Of a DNA stretch of 56,754 bases, positions 1 to 11,200 are shown in pieces (positions within the stretch are counted from its first letter, which is position 1; every line of letters begins with the position of its first letter). The DNA lies in NCBI RefSeq assembly GCF_000315625.1, contig NW_005434629.1, positions 168,153-224,906 of the forward strand, written 5' to 3'. The translations under genes were made by a program, and so were the position numbers. Under the pieces are notes generated by a model that worked only from the letters and a program-made list of their open reading frames with translations, had not been told where the DNA came from and ran no database searches. This stretch comes from Guillardia theta CCMP2712 (taxonomy: Eukaryota > Protista > Cryptophyta).

Positions 1-2479
1 TTTGTCGGCTCTGTCTCCCCGTACAGCTTGCTGATCTCGTCCTGCAGAAGCTCCATGCCCACCGCTCCTCCTCCTCCAGCTGCCGATACCTGTGCTGCTC
101 CAGGAGGCTCGGCCTCCTCTCCATCGAACCCTCCGAACTCCCCAAAGTCGTCTTCAGCTGTCTCCATGTATCCTGCTACCTCTGATATCCCTGCCAACGT
201 TTTGCTTCTATCCTCCTGCTCTATTCCTTGGTGGATATCGTGGAAGAGATCGACTGCCCTGCCAGTCTTGACCACATCCGATGCACTTTTGTTCCCTGAA
301 AAGACAGGCAGTCAGGCAGCAAGCAGCAAAAGAGACATGTAACAACCCTTCATCAAGGAAACTTCATTTGAAGAGTCGGGCAGAACGTCAGAGAGCTGTC
401 CTTGAACCAGGTTATTGTCATCCTCCGCCAGGCTCCAGTCGAACAATCTTTCACCCTGCTGGTCGATGTACTGAGGCATCGGGTACGGGTGGTCGGCATC
501 GCTCCCCCCCTTATCATTGTATTCCTCGAAGTCGCCAAATTCATCTTCACTGGATATCCACTCGTTTCCTTTCGACGGGCCCGGCTCTGCCTCTTGTGCG
601 AGCAGCAAGTTTGCAGCTGCTTCAGTGTTCCAATCGCACTTTTCAAGTGCGACCGTTGCCGCCTTGGAGTCGAATCCGAGCTCAGTCAAGTACTGGACAG
701 GATTGAGCTTGAACTCCATCGTCCCTGGCGCATGTACACGATGATCTTCATGTCTTCTTTCACTTGAGGGGTCTGTACCCTGCCCCGCAGCCCCTGACTC
801 GTGCACATCGTTCGCTTCTTCGTCGAAGGCTGAAGCAAAATCGCCGAATTGATCACCCGCATCAGCATCATTCACAGCTCGAGTGTCATCTCCATTGAAA
901 GCCTCAAAGTTGCCAAAATCGTCATCCTGAGCAGGAGGAGTCTCTTCGTTCGAATCAACAATTCCAAGATCTTCCTGCACGAGCTTGGTGAAGACGTCAT
1001 ACGCCTTGGAAGGAGCGGAGGGTTTCTGGTGTAGGTGCTGCTGCGGGTCAATCATTTTGGTTGGAGTGGTCTTCATCAGATCCCTCAGCTTCGGCTTCGG
1101 CTTCGATTCTTCAGCGAAGAGATCTAGAATGTGGACAGCCTTCGTAACGATGTTCCTTCTCACCGCACCATGACTATCGAGTGGAGTGTCTATCTTCGCA
1201 GGTTCAGCCAGCGACAAGAGATCTTCAAGGATCGGCGTTGGGGCCTGTGAGCCATCGCTACTAGCAGGAATCATCTCACTCCCGACAGAGACAGGCTCTT
1301 GCGCTAATGGCGGATCCTGCGAGGGAACATGAGCCACACTGCCCAGAAGGTCGACAGAGGGCTCTGGCTGCACATCAGGCTGTGGAGGTTCTGCTGACAC
1401 AAAGGCAGACTCGAAGTCACCGAAGTCATCGTCGACGCCTTGGCCCTCGAAGTCACCGAAGTCATCTTCCACTGGCTGATGCTGCTGCACGAATGGCTGC
1501 TGCTGCTGCTGCATGAACACTTGCTGCTGATGATGATCCATGAACTTTTGTTGTTGCTGCTGTGGATGCATGTATGAATTCTGATGCTGATGCTGATGCT
1601 GATGCTGATGCTGCATGTAAGGAAACTGTTGTGGCTGCCATTGCGGCTGCACATAGGATTGCGGCTGCTGCTGCTGCTGCTGCTGCTGCTGCAAAGGCGA
1701 AGTTGGAGCATCCAGCCCCCCTGCCCTTGCCGACGAGATGAGTTCATGGCTCAAGGCTGAGGGGAGTGGGAATCCTAGTTTGACACAGTCAACGAGATGC
1801 ATGGCGATCGCAAACTCTGGGAGGTCGAGGCAGCCATCATGCGAGAGGTCGCTGAGGTCCCAGATAGTCCTGAGGGTCGCTACAGAAAGTCCGGAGCTGG
1901 CAAGAACTGGACGCGCCTGAAGGCCAGTGAGGACGTGGCCTGAGGATACCGACCGAAAGAGGGAGGAATACTGGAGGAACTGCGGCTTCTGGATACTTGA
2001 AGGGTGGATTGATCGATGGTTCGGAATCATAATCCTCCTCCACTCCTTGCTCTGCTTCACCTCTCCTTCAGCTCTCCTTCAGCTCTCCTTCAGCTCTCCT
2101 TCAGCTCTCCTTCACCTCTCCTTCAGCTCTCCTTCAGCTCTCCTTCAGCTCTCCTTCAGCTCTCCTTCAGCTCTCCTTCAGCTCTCCTTCACCTCTCCTT
2201 CAGCTCTCCTTCACCTCTCCTTCAGCTCTCCTTCAGCTCTCCTTCAGCTCTCCTTCAGCTCTCCTTCAGCTCTCCTTCACCTCTCCTTCACCTCTCCTTC
2301 AGCTCTCCTTCAGCTCTCCTTCAGCTCTCCTTCAGCTCTCCTTCAGCTCTCCTTCACCTCTCCTTCAGCTCTCCTTCAGCTCTCCTTCAGCTCTCCTTCA
2401 GCTCTCCTTCAGCTCTCCTCGCTCGCTCTCAGTATCGACCTGACCCCCAGTCACCACCACCAGCCTGCTCCGCCTGCAT
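1..2479 (-). CDS. EH-domain + UBA-domain protein with repeated DDDFGDF motifs (synergin-gamma/aftiphilin/Eps15-like clathrin accessory protein); 3' end lies beyond position 1
   Basis: Exon 1 MQAEQAGGDWG (2479-2445) splices across a GT-AG intron (2444-1996) to IQKPQFLQYSSLF...LASSGLSVATLRTIWDLSDLSHDGCLDLPEFAIAMHLV (EH domain). Then a Q/H-rich linker, several DDFGDF/FGNF/FGEF motifs, and the UBA-like LTELGFDSKAATVALEKCDWNTEAAANLL. Another EDDFGEFGGF is encoded near 120-160. Confidence 0.85.
2056..2419. repeat. 11-bp tandem repeat (TTCAGCTCTCC/TTCACCTCTCC), about 33 copies, inside intron 1 of the EH gene
   Basis: Periodicity directly visible; lies between the predicted donor (2444) and acceptor (1996). 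Confidence 0.95.
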
Positions 2480-2519
2480 CCTCTCCTGTGGTTGAGTAAA
2501 TATTTTAAAAACAGCTCCG

Positions 2520-3110
2520 TAGTCCGGAAGCAGTGGGCCCTTGAACTTCGGAAGGCGGCCGCCGGGCCCGGCACAGGGCCTCAGGCGGCCGGGCCCCCGC
2601 TTGTCACTTTGCGGCCGCTGCCAACCAACACTGCCGCTCCTGCCTCCGGCCGCTGCCTGTCGAACGCCGCCCGGCCTCTTTCCGACGGACAGTACGGTAA
2701 ATTCCTCCGAACTTCGGAATCGGAGGCCCCTCGCGGGGCGAGCGGCCTGGGCGGCGCCGGCCCCGTCACGGTGGAGCTTGAGTCAGTCTGGCCGCCTCAG
2801 CGCCACCGGCGTACGGTAGCGAGTCAGGCTGGGGCCCGGCGGCCGCATCCCCGTGGTACCGTGACAATGATGGTCATGACCCCGCGATGATAGTACACTG
2901 ACGGTACTGTACGGTATGTCGGGACCGTCGGACACTGCGGCATGATGTCGGGAAGGCCATAACTTTCAAAGGTACTCAGGGTGACTGTATGAGGGGCTGA
3001 AAAAGGCTCTCCTACCACTAACGGGGGCAAGTTCGGGACCGCGGACGGTTCCGACGAGAGGCGCCAACACAGTAGCCTCCCCTTCGTTTTCACTGTCACT
3101 GTCACTCAGC
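2520..3110. repeat. CGG/CCGG-rich intergenic island (degenerate repeat DNA)
   Basis: Dense GCCGG, CCCGG, ACGGTAC, GAGTCA and GAACTTCGGA words shared with the other islands in the window. Confidence 0.6.
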
Positions 3111-3275
3111 TTGACCTTCAAGCCGCTGCCGGGACACTCGCGAGGCACTTGGAATGAACCCTACAAGATGGTGTCTGCCCGCCAGTCTAGGCTTTGCCGC
3201 TCCCCAGTCCCGCTGGTCTGTTTTGTCTGCTGCGAGCATGATGGGGGGCCCGGAGATCGCCGGCTCCTACTCCGA

Positions 3276-4112
3276 ATGCTACCACGCTTCCCAGCCGCTT
3301 GCGTGCAAGTACGAACGTTCACCGCATGGACTGGTCCTTCCGATAGCGTTTTAAGATATGTCCGGAAGGCGTGCAAGCTTCTGGAGCGTACAATTCCGGA
3401 TTCGAGCACTTATCTCGTTGCGTTGTGCATGCAGGAGATGGAGAAGGAGGTGCTGCTGCAGGACAAGGAGAAGGAGAAGGAGCTGCTGCTGAAGGAGAAG
3501 GAGAAGGAGAAGGAGCTGCTGCTGAAGGACATGAAGAGGGATCAAAGGGACATTGCTAATCACTACAAGCGTCAGCTGTCCCACCACACTCGAAGGTGTG
3601 CATTTGAAAGTTGTTTGAAATATGCATAATAATGTTGCCAACATAGGTATCTGCTTGAGGTGCTGTTTAGGGAAGTGGTTGATATTGCTCAATGCTATCA
3701 GAACGAGGCGGTCCAATCTGTGTCGCAAAAGTTGCCGCAGAAGTATTGGAGTCTCATCAAGCGAAGACAGATTTCTATGAGTAACATATATTGGCTCTTG
3801 GAGAGCCAGGAAAGCTTCCGAAGTGCAGTATGGAAAGAGATCGGGTTACCCGAGGACCTTGCGATACCCACCTACCGTGGCAATCTGGACAATATGTTGT
3901 ACGGGCAGCTCTCTGACGGCATTCACGGGCCATCGGGGGCGTTTGTGTATCTATCTTCCAAGACGGCTGACGTGGAGGTCAGGTTTTTCAGTGAGGTTGC
4001 ACAGATTTTCAACAAGAAGGTACGCTTTTTCGACGACGTATCAGCAGACGCGGGAGAGAACAACGAGGCTAAGTCTGATAGTTCGGCCGGAGCCGCCCGA
4101 GCCTGCCAGTGA
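3276..4112 (+). CDS. Hypothetical protein with a short EKEKELLL coiled-coil repeat and a C-terminal LYGQLSDGIH motif; 2 exons
   Basis: ORFs 3111-3629 and 3660-4112 are in the same frame and are joined by a 51-nt GT-AG intron (3596-3646) that contains the stop. Start could be 3168 or 3276. Confidence 0.7.
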
Positions 4113-4399
4113 GCGATAGAGTCCAGTGCACAAGGATAATTACGAAAGAATCGATTGAGCGAATTCAATGATTCGTGCTCTAAGTGGCACCGCCGCAGGT
4201 GCAGCATTACTGCGGGCTGCAAACTTTCTTTGTCATACTTGGAATCGATCAATCAAATTACAACGATCATCACAACTTGACAACATGCTCTCAAGTTTTG
4301 GTAGAAAGTCTTCCCTCTGCAAACTTGTAGAAACTCAACGGATGCATGAGACAGAATTCTGTCCTTTCTTGCCACCACTGTTTCTACTGGTGAAACAGC

Positions 4400-5240
4400 G
4401 AAGGCCACGGTGCGGTATGAGGGGCGGTGCGCTCAGTACTGACAGTGACCGCGGTGACTGGCGGCCCGCCGGGCCTCAACCAGCCTCGGACACATTGTTC
4501 ACAAGTTCACTGGGCCTTCTCAGACCAACCTTCCATTGACCATCAACACTTCAAGTATTGTCAACACAGACCAATCCGGTGACCGGCATCATGTGATAGA
4601 GAGAACCCGGCGTTCAACGAACGCTGTACCGTCGCACGTGACGGTACTACGGTAGCGAACTGACTGTAGTGTCACCGACGGCCCGGTGTGCAGCTTGGTA
4701 CTACGGTAATAGACTTCCGAGAAAAGAGAAAGAAAGACTCTGAGCGAGAGAAGAGTAGGGGGGAAGAACTTAGAGGGAGGAAGACAGGTAGAAAGACGAG
4801 ATTTGAGGACTTGGGGAGACCCCAAACTTATACTATGATCAGTAGCATTCACCAGGGGCCAACACACCCCGACTCCGGGATGGTTCCTCTGGTCATCTGA
4901 TCCTTTCCTCGTCGCTTCTGCCGCATTCAACTTGCAACCTCGAGCCCGTTAGAATGCTAAAGTAGAGAACATGTCTTGAAAGTTCTTACAAGCCTGGCCG
5001 AACCGTTCTTCCCTGCCGGCAGCCGCTCAGCCGCTGCACTCGGAGGCAGCATCGTAACGGTGGGCCGGCGTCACGGTCGCATTCAAGCCATACATACGCG
5101 GGCACAGGTGATGAAGAGGGAGAACGTGACGCAGTGACTCACCGGGGCTCGTCGCCTCAGTCACCGGTCATTGTCCTCATACTGATTTTTAACTTAACTT
5201 GACCGGGATAGAGGTCACCGGTGTCCAGTCAGAAGGAAGC
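4400..5240 (-). mobile_element. Degenerate repeat island, possibly an LTR-retrotransposon relic (PPT-like tract plus TGTTGG boundary)
   Basis: 4644-4730 resembles the reverse complement of 23250-23345 (GTACTACGGTA...GACTTC.GAGA.AAGAG followed by an AG-rich tract). The minus strand reads GGAGTCGGGGTG|TGTTGG at 4876-4859. Confidence 0.4.
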
Positions 5241-5245
5241 TATCA

Positions 5246-5630
5246 CCAGTGCAAAGTTGGTCATCAATGGGGGTAGTCCAGTGCAAAGTTGTGTTGGTCA
5301 TCAAGGGGGGTAGTCCAGTGCAAAGTTGCTCATCAAGGGGGGTAGTCCAGTGCAAAGTTGCTCATCAAGGGGGGTAGTCCAGCGGTGCAACGTTGCTCAT
5401 CAAGGGGGGTAGTCCAACGGTGCAAAGTTGGTTATCAATGGGGGTAGTCCAGTGTAAAGTTGCTCATCAAGGGGGGTAGTCCAACGGTGCAAAGTTGGTC
5501 ATCACTGAGTCAAGGGGGGTAGTCCAACGGTGCAAAGTTGGTCATCAAGGGGGGTAGTCCAACGGTGCAAAGTTGGTCATCAAGGGGGGTAGTCCAACGG
5601 TGCAAAGTTGGTCATCGAGCGGGGTAGTCC
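5246..5630. repeat. 32-35 bp minisatellite, 11 copies (CCA[ACG]GTGCAAAGTTGGTCATCAAGGGGGGTAGT)
   Basis: Head-to-tail copies directly visible, with no unique spacers. Confidence 0.95.
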
Positions 5631-5845
5631 TAAACTAGCAAACCTTTTAGGGTAAGGTTCCAGCTGACTCAGTACTGCTATCTTCTGTATGAGATGTAAA
5701 ACTTCTGTACCATGAATTTTTTCTCTTGGCTCAAAATAAGATGCCCATGTGTACCGTTCACCTGAAAAGATGGTACAAACATGCTTTCATAAGGTACAAA
5801 GAAACTTCAGGAGAGCCCCGCCCAGCTACCAGAATCTTGCGAACG

Positions 5846-7196
5846 ATGAGAGGAGCAGGCACCAGACATCTCTCAGTCCTCGTGCTGCTGTGCATGACAG
5901 GACTGTCGCCGTCAGATGCGCTGTATGAGGGAAAGAGTGAGATGTTTCAAGAAGATGCTTTCCTTGGCGGCAAGTACATCCAGCTAGGGTTCAGGCCTAC
6001 AGGAAAGCTAGGAACCGATGTGCAACCTGCTGACTTGTACACCCGACAAGGTAAGCCCGTTCACGCGCCTTGTTGTGCACTTTGAGCTCTCTGACATGAT
6101 CTCTCCGCAGGAGCATGGGCAGGAGGGATGAGTCTTCTCGGGGATGCCGATGGCTTCGGAGAGGGAGCAGACCTGCGGATCGATTACTTCCTGCCTGGAT
6201 CACCTGCGGAAGGTATGTCGCCCTCTTGCCTAGCTGCCATGCTCGGCTTGCTGCAGTGAGTGACCATGCCCAACACCAGGCTTCCGTGCCGGGTACAGAC
6301 TGTCTGGGAACGGTACTGTGCACGAAGGAGACAATTTCGGGCATTTTGTTTACAACGCGTCCAAGGATCCATACCTGTCGGCGGTGACAGTCGCTATGCT
6401 GGGGGATCTTTCGGTTGAGATAGAGACCAGCTTTCAACCCCAAGACTTCTATTTCCTCACGAGAGCCAAACTCAAGAACACGGGCTCCAACACGCTGGAT
6501 GACGTGAGGTACATGCGGTACGCGGACCCTGACAACACGGTTGACATGGGAGGAAGCTTCACCACCATCAATGAGATTCTCTGCAGCCGAGGTCTTGGCC
6601 AGCCATGCAGCGCGATCTCCGCCGAGAGCTACGGGGCCGACGACCCTTATTTGGACGTGAGCGGAAACAAGACCGCTGTTGTCTTCTACTACACGACAGA
6701 TGATCGTGCAAGGTTGTTCACGGGAAACTGGGGTCTGAGCATCTACGATCCACATGTATATGACAACGCTCTCAACTCCATGTACGAGATCCAGGATGGG
6801 ATGATTTACATCACGTTCGATGTCGGAAGCCTTGCAGCAGGGGAGGAACAAGTCGTCGAGTACTACACGGTTGCGGGGTTCGGTCCTCCTCGCGCTCTGC
6901 TGCGGCAGTTCGAGTCGAGCATCGCAGGAGGAGGCAAGTGTGAGCTGACACAGACATGGGGAGAGATCATCGGTCACTTGACTCGCAACGACGGCAGCTT
7001 CACCACGGGAGGGATGGGGCAGTTGATGACGGAGTCTCATCAGGTGTGGGTATGTCAGAAGCTTCACTCATGTGCTCTTGAGCTTTCCAAGGTTGTCAAT
7101 GACTCCTACTGCTTCGTCTACAATGAGAACACGACCATCTTTGAGCCTTGGGGGCTCAACTCAACTCTCAACCTACTCAGACCACCGTCTCATTGA
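5846..7196 (+). CDS. Secreted protein with a domain resembling bacterial extracellular/surface proteins
   Basis: Signal peptide MRGAGTRHLSVLVLLCMTGLSPSDA. Introns 6051-6110 and 6213-6279 (possibly also 7044-7091) join FLGGKYIQLGF..GKLGT, DADGF..RIDYFLPGSPAEGF and DVRYMRYADPDN into one reading frame. Confidence 0.8.
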
Positions 7197-7239
7197 GTCA
7201 TGCTCAACCTCAGTGGCAAGGCGCTCCGCAATAAGATAG

Positions 7240-7620
7240 TGCCAAGTTTACTAAGTTACAACCCCAGCGCGGCGGGTGCCACGGTGCTTGAGGGCATGCG
7301 CCGGAGACCTTGCCGCAGTGAGGTCCACGGCTGCAGTCCGAGCCTCGCAGGTCGGACCGGCGGTGGCCACGGTTCACTGTTCCGTCTGGGGCCAGCCGCC
7401 GGACCGCCCGCTGCTGTAGCGTGTATTATGATATGATAATTGAACCGATCTCGCGGCCTTGTGCTATTTCAATAAAATGGCTGGCGATCATGGCACAGCC
7501 TCACGGTGCCCCTGCGGCCCCCGGGCCCCCGGCCCTGGCGGCAGCGCCCGGCGGGCGGCGGCAATGATTGAACTTTAGGCTTCGACCGTACGGTCGGACA
7601 GGCCGCGCTCCGAGTCAGGT
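7240..7620. repeat. CGG/CCGG-rich intergenic island
   Basis: Contains CCCCGGGCCCCCGGCC, CACGGT, CCGTACGG and GAGTCA words; no credible protein. Confidence 0.55.
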
Positions 7621-8276
7621 TTCACTAGGATAGATTCGCTGTCCTCGATTGCCAGTAGACCAGCCTATGATGAGTAAAACTGTTATACCTGAGTTGTGAC
7701 ATTTGACTAAAATACGATCATGGAGATCGGGGGGAGGAGAAGGCGAGGAGGAGGAGCTGGAGGAGGAGGGGAGGGAGGTGAATGAGAGGGGAGGAGGCGT
7801 TGACAGAGTAGATGCGAGACAAAGGTTGAGAGACATGTGAAGCACAGAGGGAAGGGCGTTAGAGGCAAGGAGAGCGCAGCAGGGCATAGCAGCAGCAGCG
7901 ATTAGAGCAGTGGAGAGGGCAAGAGAGCGTTGCGAGCAGCTACATCATGCAAGAGTGAGAAAACCCATGAGATCAGTATGAAGAGACAATGAAGATAATA
8001 GTCTAATCAGAGAGATGAATTTGTCAAATGATTAAAGGGAGAGAGAAGAGGGAAAGGAAAGGTCATGTAATCATCAGCTTTTGAAGGGCATTCCTGATGT
8101 TCTGATATAATTCCCCTGCACAACCCCCCCCCCCCCCCCTCCACTCTCCTCTCTTCCGGATCCTTTTCCTGCCATTTGCTTGTTTTTGCCATCAATCCCC
8201 CCACGTTCTATTGCTCGGTGGGGACTCAGCGGCAAATTCCCTGTGCGAGAAGCGGAGCTGATAGCGGCATGTAGGG

Positions 8277-11200
8277 ATGTCCGAGGACGACACTTTTGCA
8301 GGGGGGACACGCGTGCGCGTGTGCTACTCCGATGGGTTCTGGTACTATGGGAGCATCGATGACTTCCATGAGCCGACGGGGAAGTATCGAATCTCGCTCG
8401 ATGAAGGGGACAGGTGCCGCTCCGTCGGGCCCGGCAGTGGCGGCTGACAGGCTGGTGGTTTCAGGATCTTTGTGGCCTTACCAGACGTAGACGTCGAGAT
8501 CCTTGAGACAGGTCAGAGAAGTCGCTCCCAGGTGTCGTCATTCTGATCTCATGTGATCAGGAGCTGTTGGCATGCGCAAGGGGACGCAGCCTGTCCGCGC
8601 AGGACGGGCTGGCAACTTCAAGCACCGTCGGGTCCCCCATCAGGTGGGTTCCCCCTTGCCGATGTCGAGCTTGTTGCTTGTCCTGATCCCCTTGGACCAG
8701 GTTGAAAGATACATGCCGGGAGAAGAAATGCACGTCCAGTAATTCCGCATGATCCTTTCCTCTCGTTTCATGACTGTTCTGAGCAGCAACAAGCCACATG
8801 CTCACGCCAAGAAAAGCGAACCCACGCCCCAGAAGTCTCCGAGCTCTGCTCCTCAGCGATCAACGCGAGGCGGCCATCACGGCCATTGGCAAGTCAACTT
8901 CGGCTTGCAGGGCAGTTTGACTGACTTCACTTGGAGCAGGAAGGCAGATGCCGTTCAGACTGAGGTACTTGCTTCCCTTATTGGATGTTCTTGCTTACGC
9001 CTTGAAAGGTAGAGGATGGCAAACAGAATAAAGCTCGAAAGCGGCTGCCCGTCGGCGAGGAGCTCTCGCTTGACGACGTGAAAGTCAAACAGGCCGGGCA
9101 ATCGCAGACCGGGCGAGGTCAGACTTGAAATGGGGCAAACGATAATCTGACAGGTAGAGCAGGCGGAAGGTCAAAGGCGAGTGCAACAGCGCTTGAGGTT
9201 GATAAGAACGAAACGCCGAACGAAAAGCCGGGAAAAAAGAAGGACGGCGCTCCTGTGCAGCCAGAGGGGGAGGCGTCCAATTTTGCCACCAGCTCAGCAC
9301 CGGAGGCGCTTCCCAAGGACCCTGTCCACAGATCGAAGAAGAGACGATCAGGTTCGACCCCCTGCTGCCTTGCCAGGGACGGGACCTGAGTGTCTTGCAG
9401 GGCCGTTGCTGTCGCACTCGAAGAACAGGAAGAAGAAGTTCAAGCTCGAAAACAAGAGCCCCAACCTGACCAGCGTCACCCCCGCTCGAGGGAGCGTTTC
9501 AGCCCCTCTGCTGAGTCTGTCCGGTCAGGAGAACCCTTCTTCCGTCCCTCCCCAGCCGGAGGCCCCCGCGGTCGCGCTGGTGGAAGGGAAGAAGGAGAGC
9601 GCCAAGACTGCAGACGCGTCGACGAAAGGAAGTAAGGGGAAGAAGAAAGTGAAAAGTGCTGTAGAGAGTCATGATGATCAGCCTGCTGTAGCCGAGGAGG
9701 TGGCAGAAAAGAGCAAGGAAGTGAAGGCAGAGAAGAAGACCAAGGAGAAAGAAGAGCACAAGGTGGAGGAACGTGCAAGTTCTGCGGTGAAAGTAGAAGA
9801 GGAAGCAACAAGCTCAACGCAGGAGGGGAACAAACCCGCTGGATCCCTTCCTGCTAAGAGGGAAAGCGCCAGCCAGAGGAGCGCGAACGAAGCAAAAAAG
9901 GCAAAAGGAGCCGAGGCAAAGTCTCCGAGAGGATCCGAAGGCAAAGGTCCAACCGCCGGTGAAGAGAAAGGGCCCAGCGCTGTGGACGGGAAGGGGTGAG
10001 CAGTGCAGAGGTGAAGACGCCACGGGGAACAGAGAGAAAGGGAGGAGCCGGTTCGGAAGTGAAGAACCAGAGGGGCAGTGACAGGAAAGGATCGCAAGGG
10101 TCCGAGGCGAAGGGAGAAGGCAGTGCGGAACCCGCTGTCACCCCTAGGGGAGCAGAGGGAAAGCGAGGAAGCAGTTCAGAGCCCAAGACGCCAAGGGGAT
10201 CAGAGGCCAAAGGAAGTGCAGAAGGGAAGGGGGAAGGGAAGGGGGATCCGAAGGGGTATGCGAAGGGGGCAAGCCGCACAGAGCCTAAAGTAGCAACTAG
10301 TGCAGAAGGGAAAGCAGGAAACGCTGTAGAGGGAAAAGACGGAGGCAGCGGGGAAGGGAAGGAGGCAGGTACAGAAGGCAGGGGAGCAAGCGGCGGGGAA
10401 GGAAAGGGGGGAAACCGCGCGGAGGGCAAGGGGGTGAAGGAGGCTGACAAGGAAGCGGCGGCTGCTATTGCAGGAAAGGCGGAGGCAGACCAGGAGCAGA
10501 GCGAAGGAGTCTGGATGCCGATGAAGAAGTTCTTGAGCGAGTCAGGAGCCTCGGAGAACGTTGGGAAGACTGTGAGATGCTGGAAGGAGGCACGTTGGGT
10601 CAAGGGGAAACTTGTCCGGCACGAGGAGGGCGCCAGTGCGAAGTCGGCGAAGGGAGAGCTGAGAATGCTGCTGGAGGATGGGGAGGAACTGCCAGTCGAT
10701 GCGCGAGAAGATGCAGAGGTGCTTTTGGATGCTGGGCAGGAGCAGCAGAAGCCTGAAGCCGAGAAGAAGACGTCCAAGGCGAAGGTGGCGAAAGGAAAAC
10801 GTAAGGGAGCGAAAAGCGAAGGGAAGGAAAAGCCCGCGGACGCCGACGAGTCTATGGGGCCGGAAAAGCCGGTCGAGGCGAGCGGCTCTGAGAATGTTGG
10901 GGAGGAGAAGGAGAGCCACCCGACGGTTGAGATCGATCGAGGAGGGAAGGGAGCGGCTGCTGGCTTGGCGAACGCGCCGTCGGGTGCCTCGACCCCTGTC
11001 CCTGCGAGGGAGACGCGGCCAAACCGCCGGTCGCAGTCGGTGGACTCGAACAGGGAGACGGGGAAGGACAAAGATGGCGGGAAGGGGGTGAAGGAGGACA
11101 AGCTTGACTCCCCGAGGGTGGAAGGAAGCAGCAACCCGCCCCAGGAAGGGAGGGGAGAGAAGGCCAAGGGCGAGCCTCAGGGTGGGCAGGAGGCGAAGAA

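Noticed and set aside
1927-2499. Plus-strand ORFs reading (SPSALLQLSFS)n
   Set aside because: Artefact of the 11-bp repeat inside an intron of the minus-strand EH gene.
5246-5630. CRISPR-like array (32-35 bp repeats)
   Set aside because: Units are contiguous with no unique spacers, there are no cas genes, and the context is eukaryotic.
5641-5660. Telomere-like TTTTAGGG
   Set aside because: Single copy, no tandem array.
9997-9999. Selenocysteine or stop-codon readthrough at TGA
   Set aside because: The coding sequence continues in a different frame, so readthrough would not rescue it; no canonical slippery heptamer either.
9854-11167. Long antisense ORFs (also 5997-7067, 47576-48226 and the alternative frame 48774-49742)
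   Set aside because: Shadow ORFs of GC-rich real genes, with no recognisable domains.
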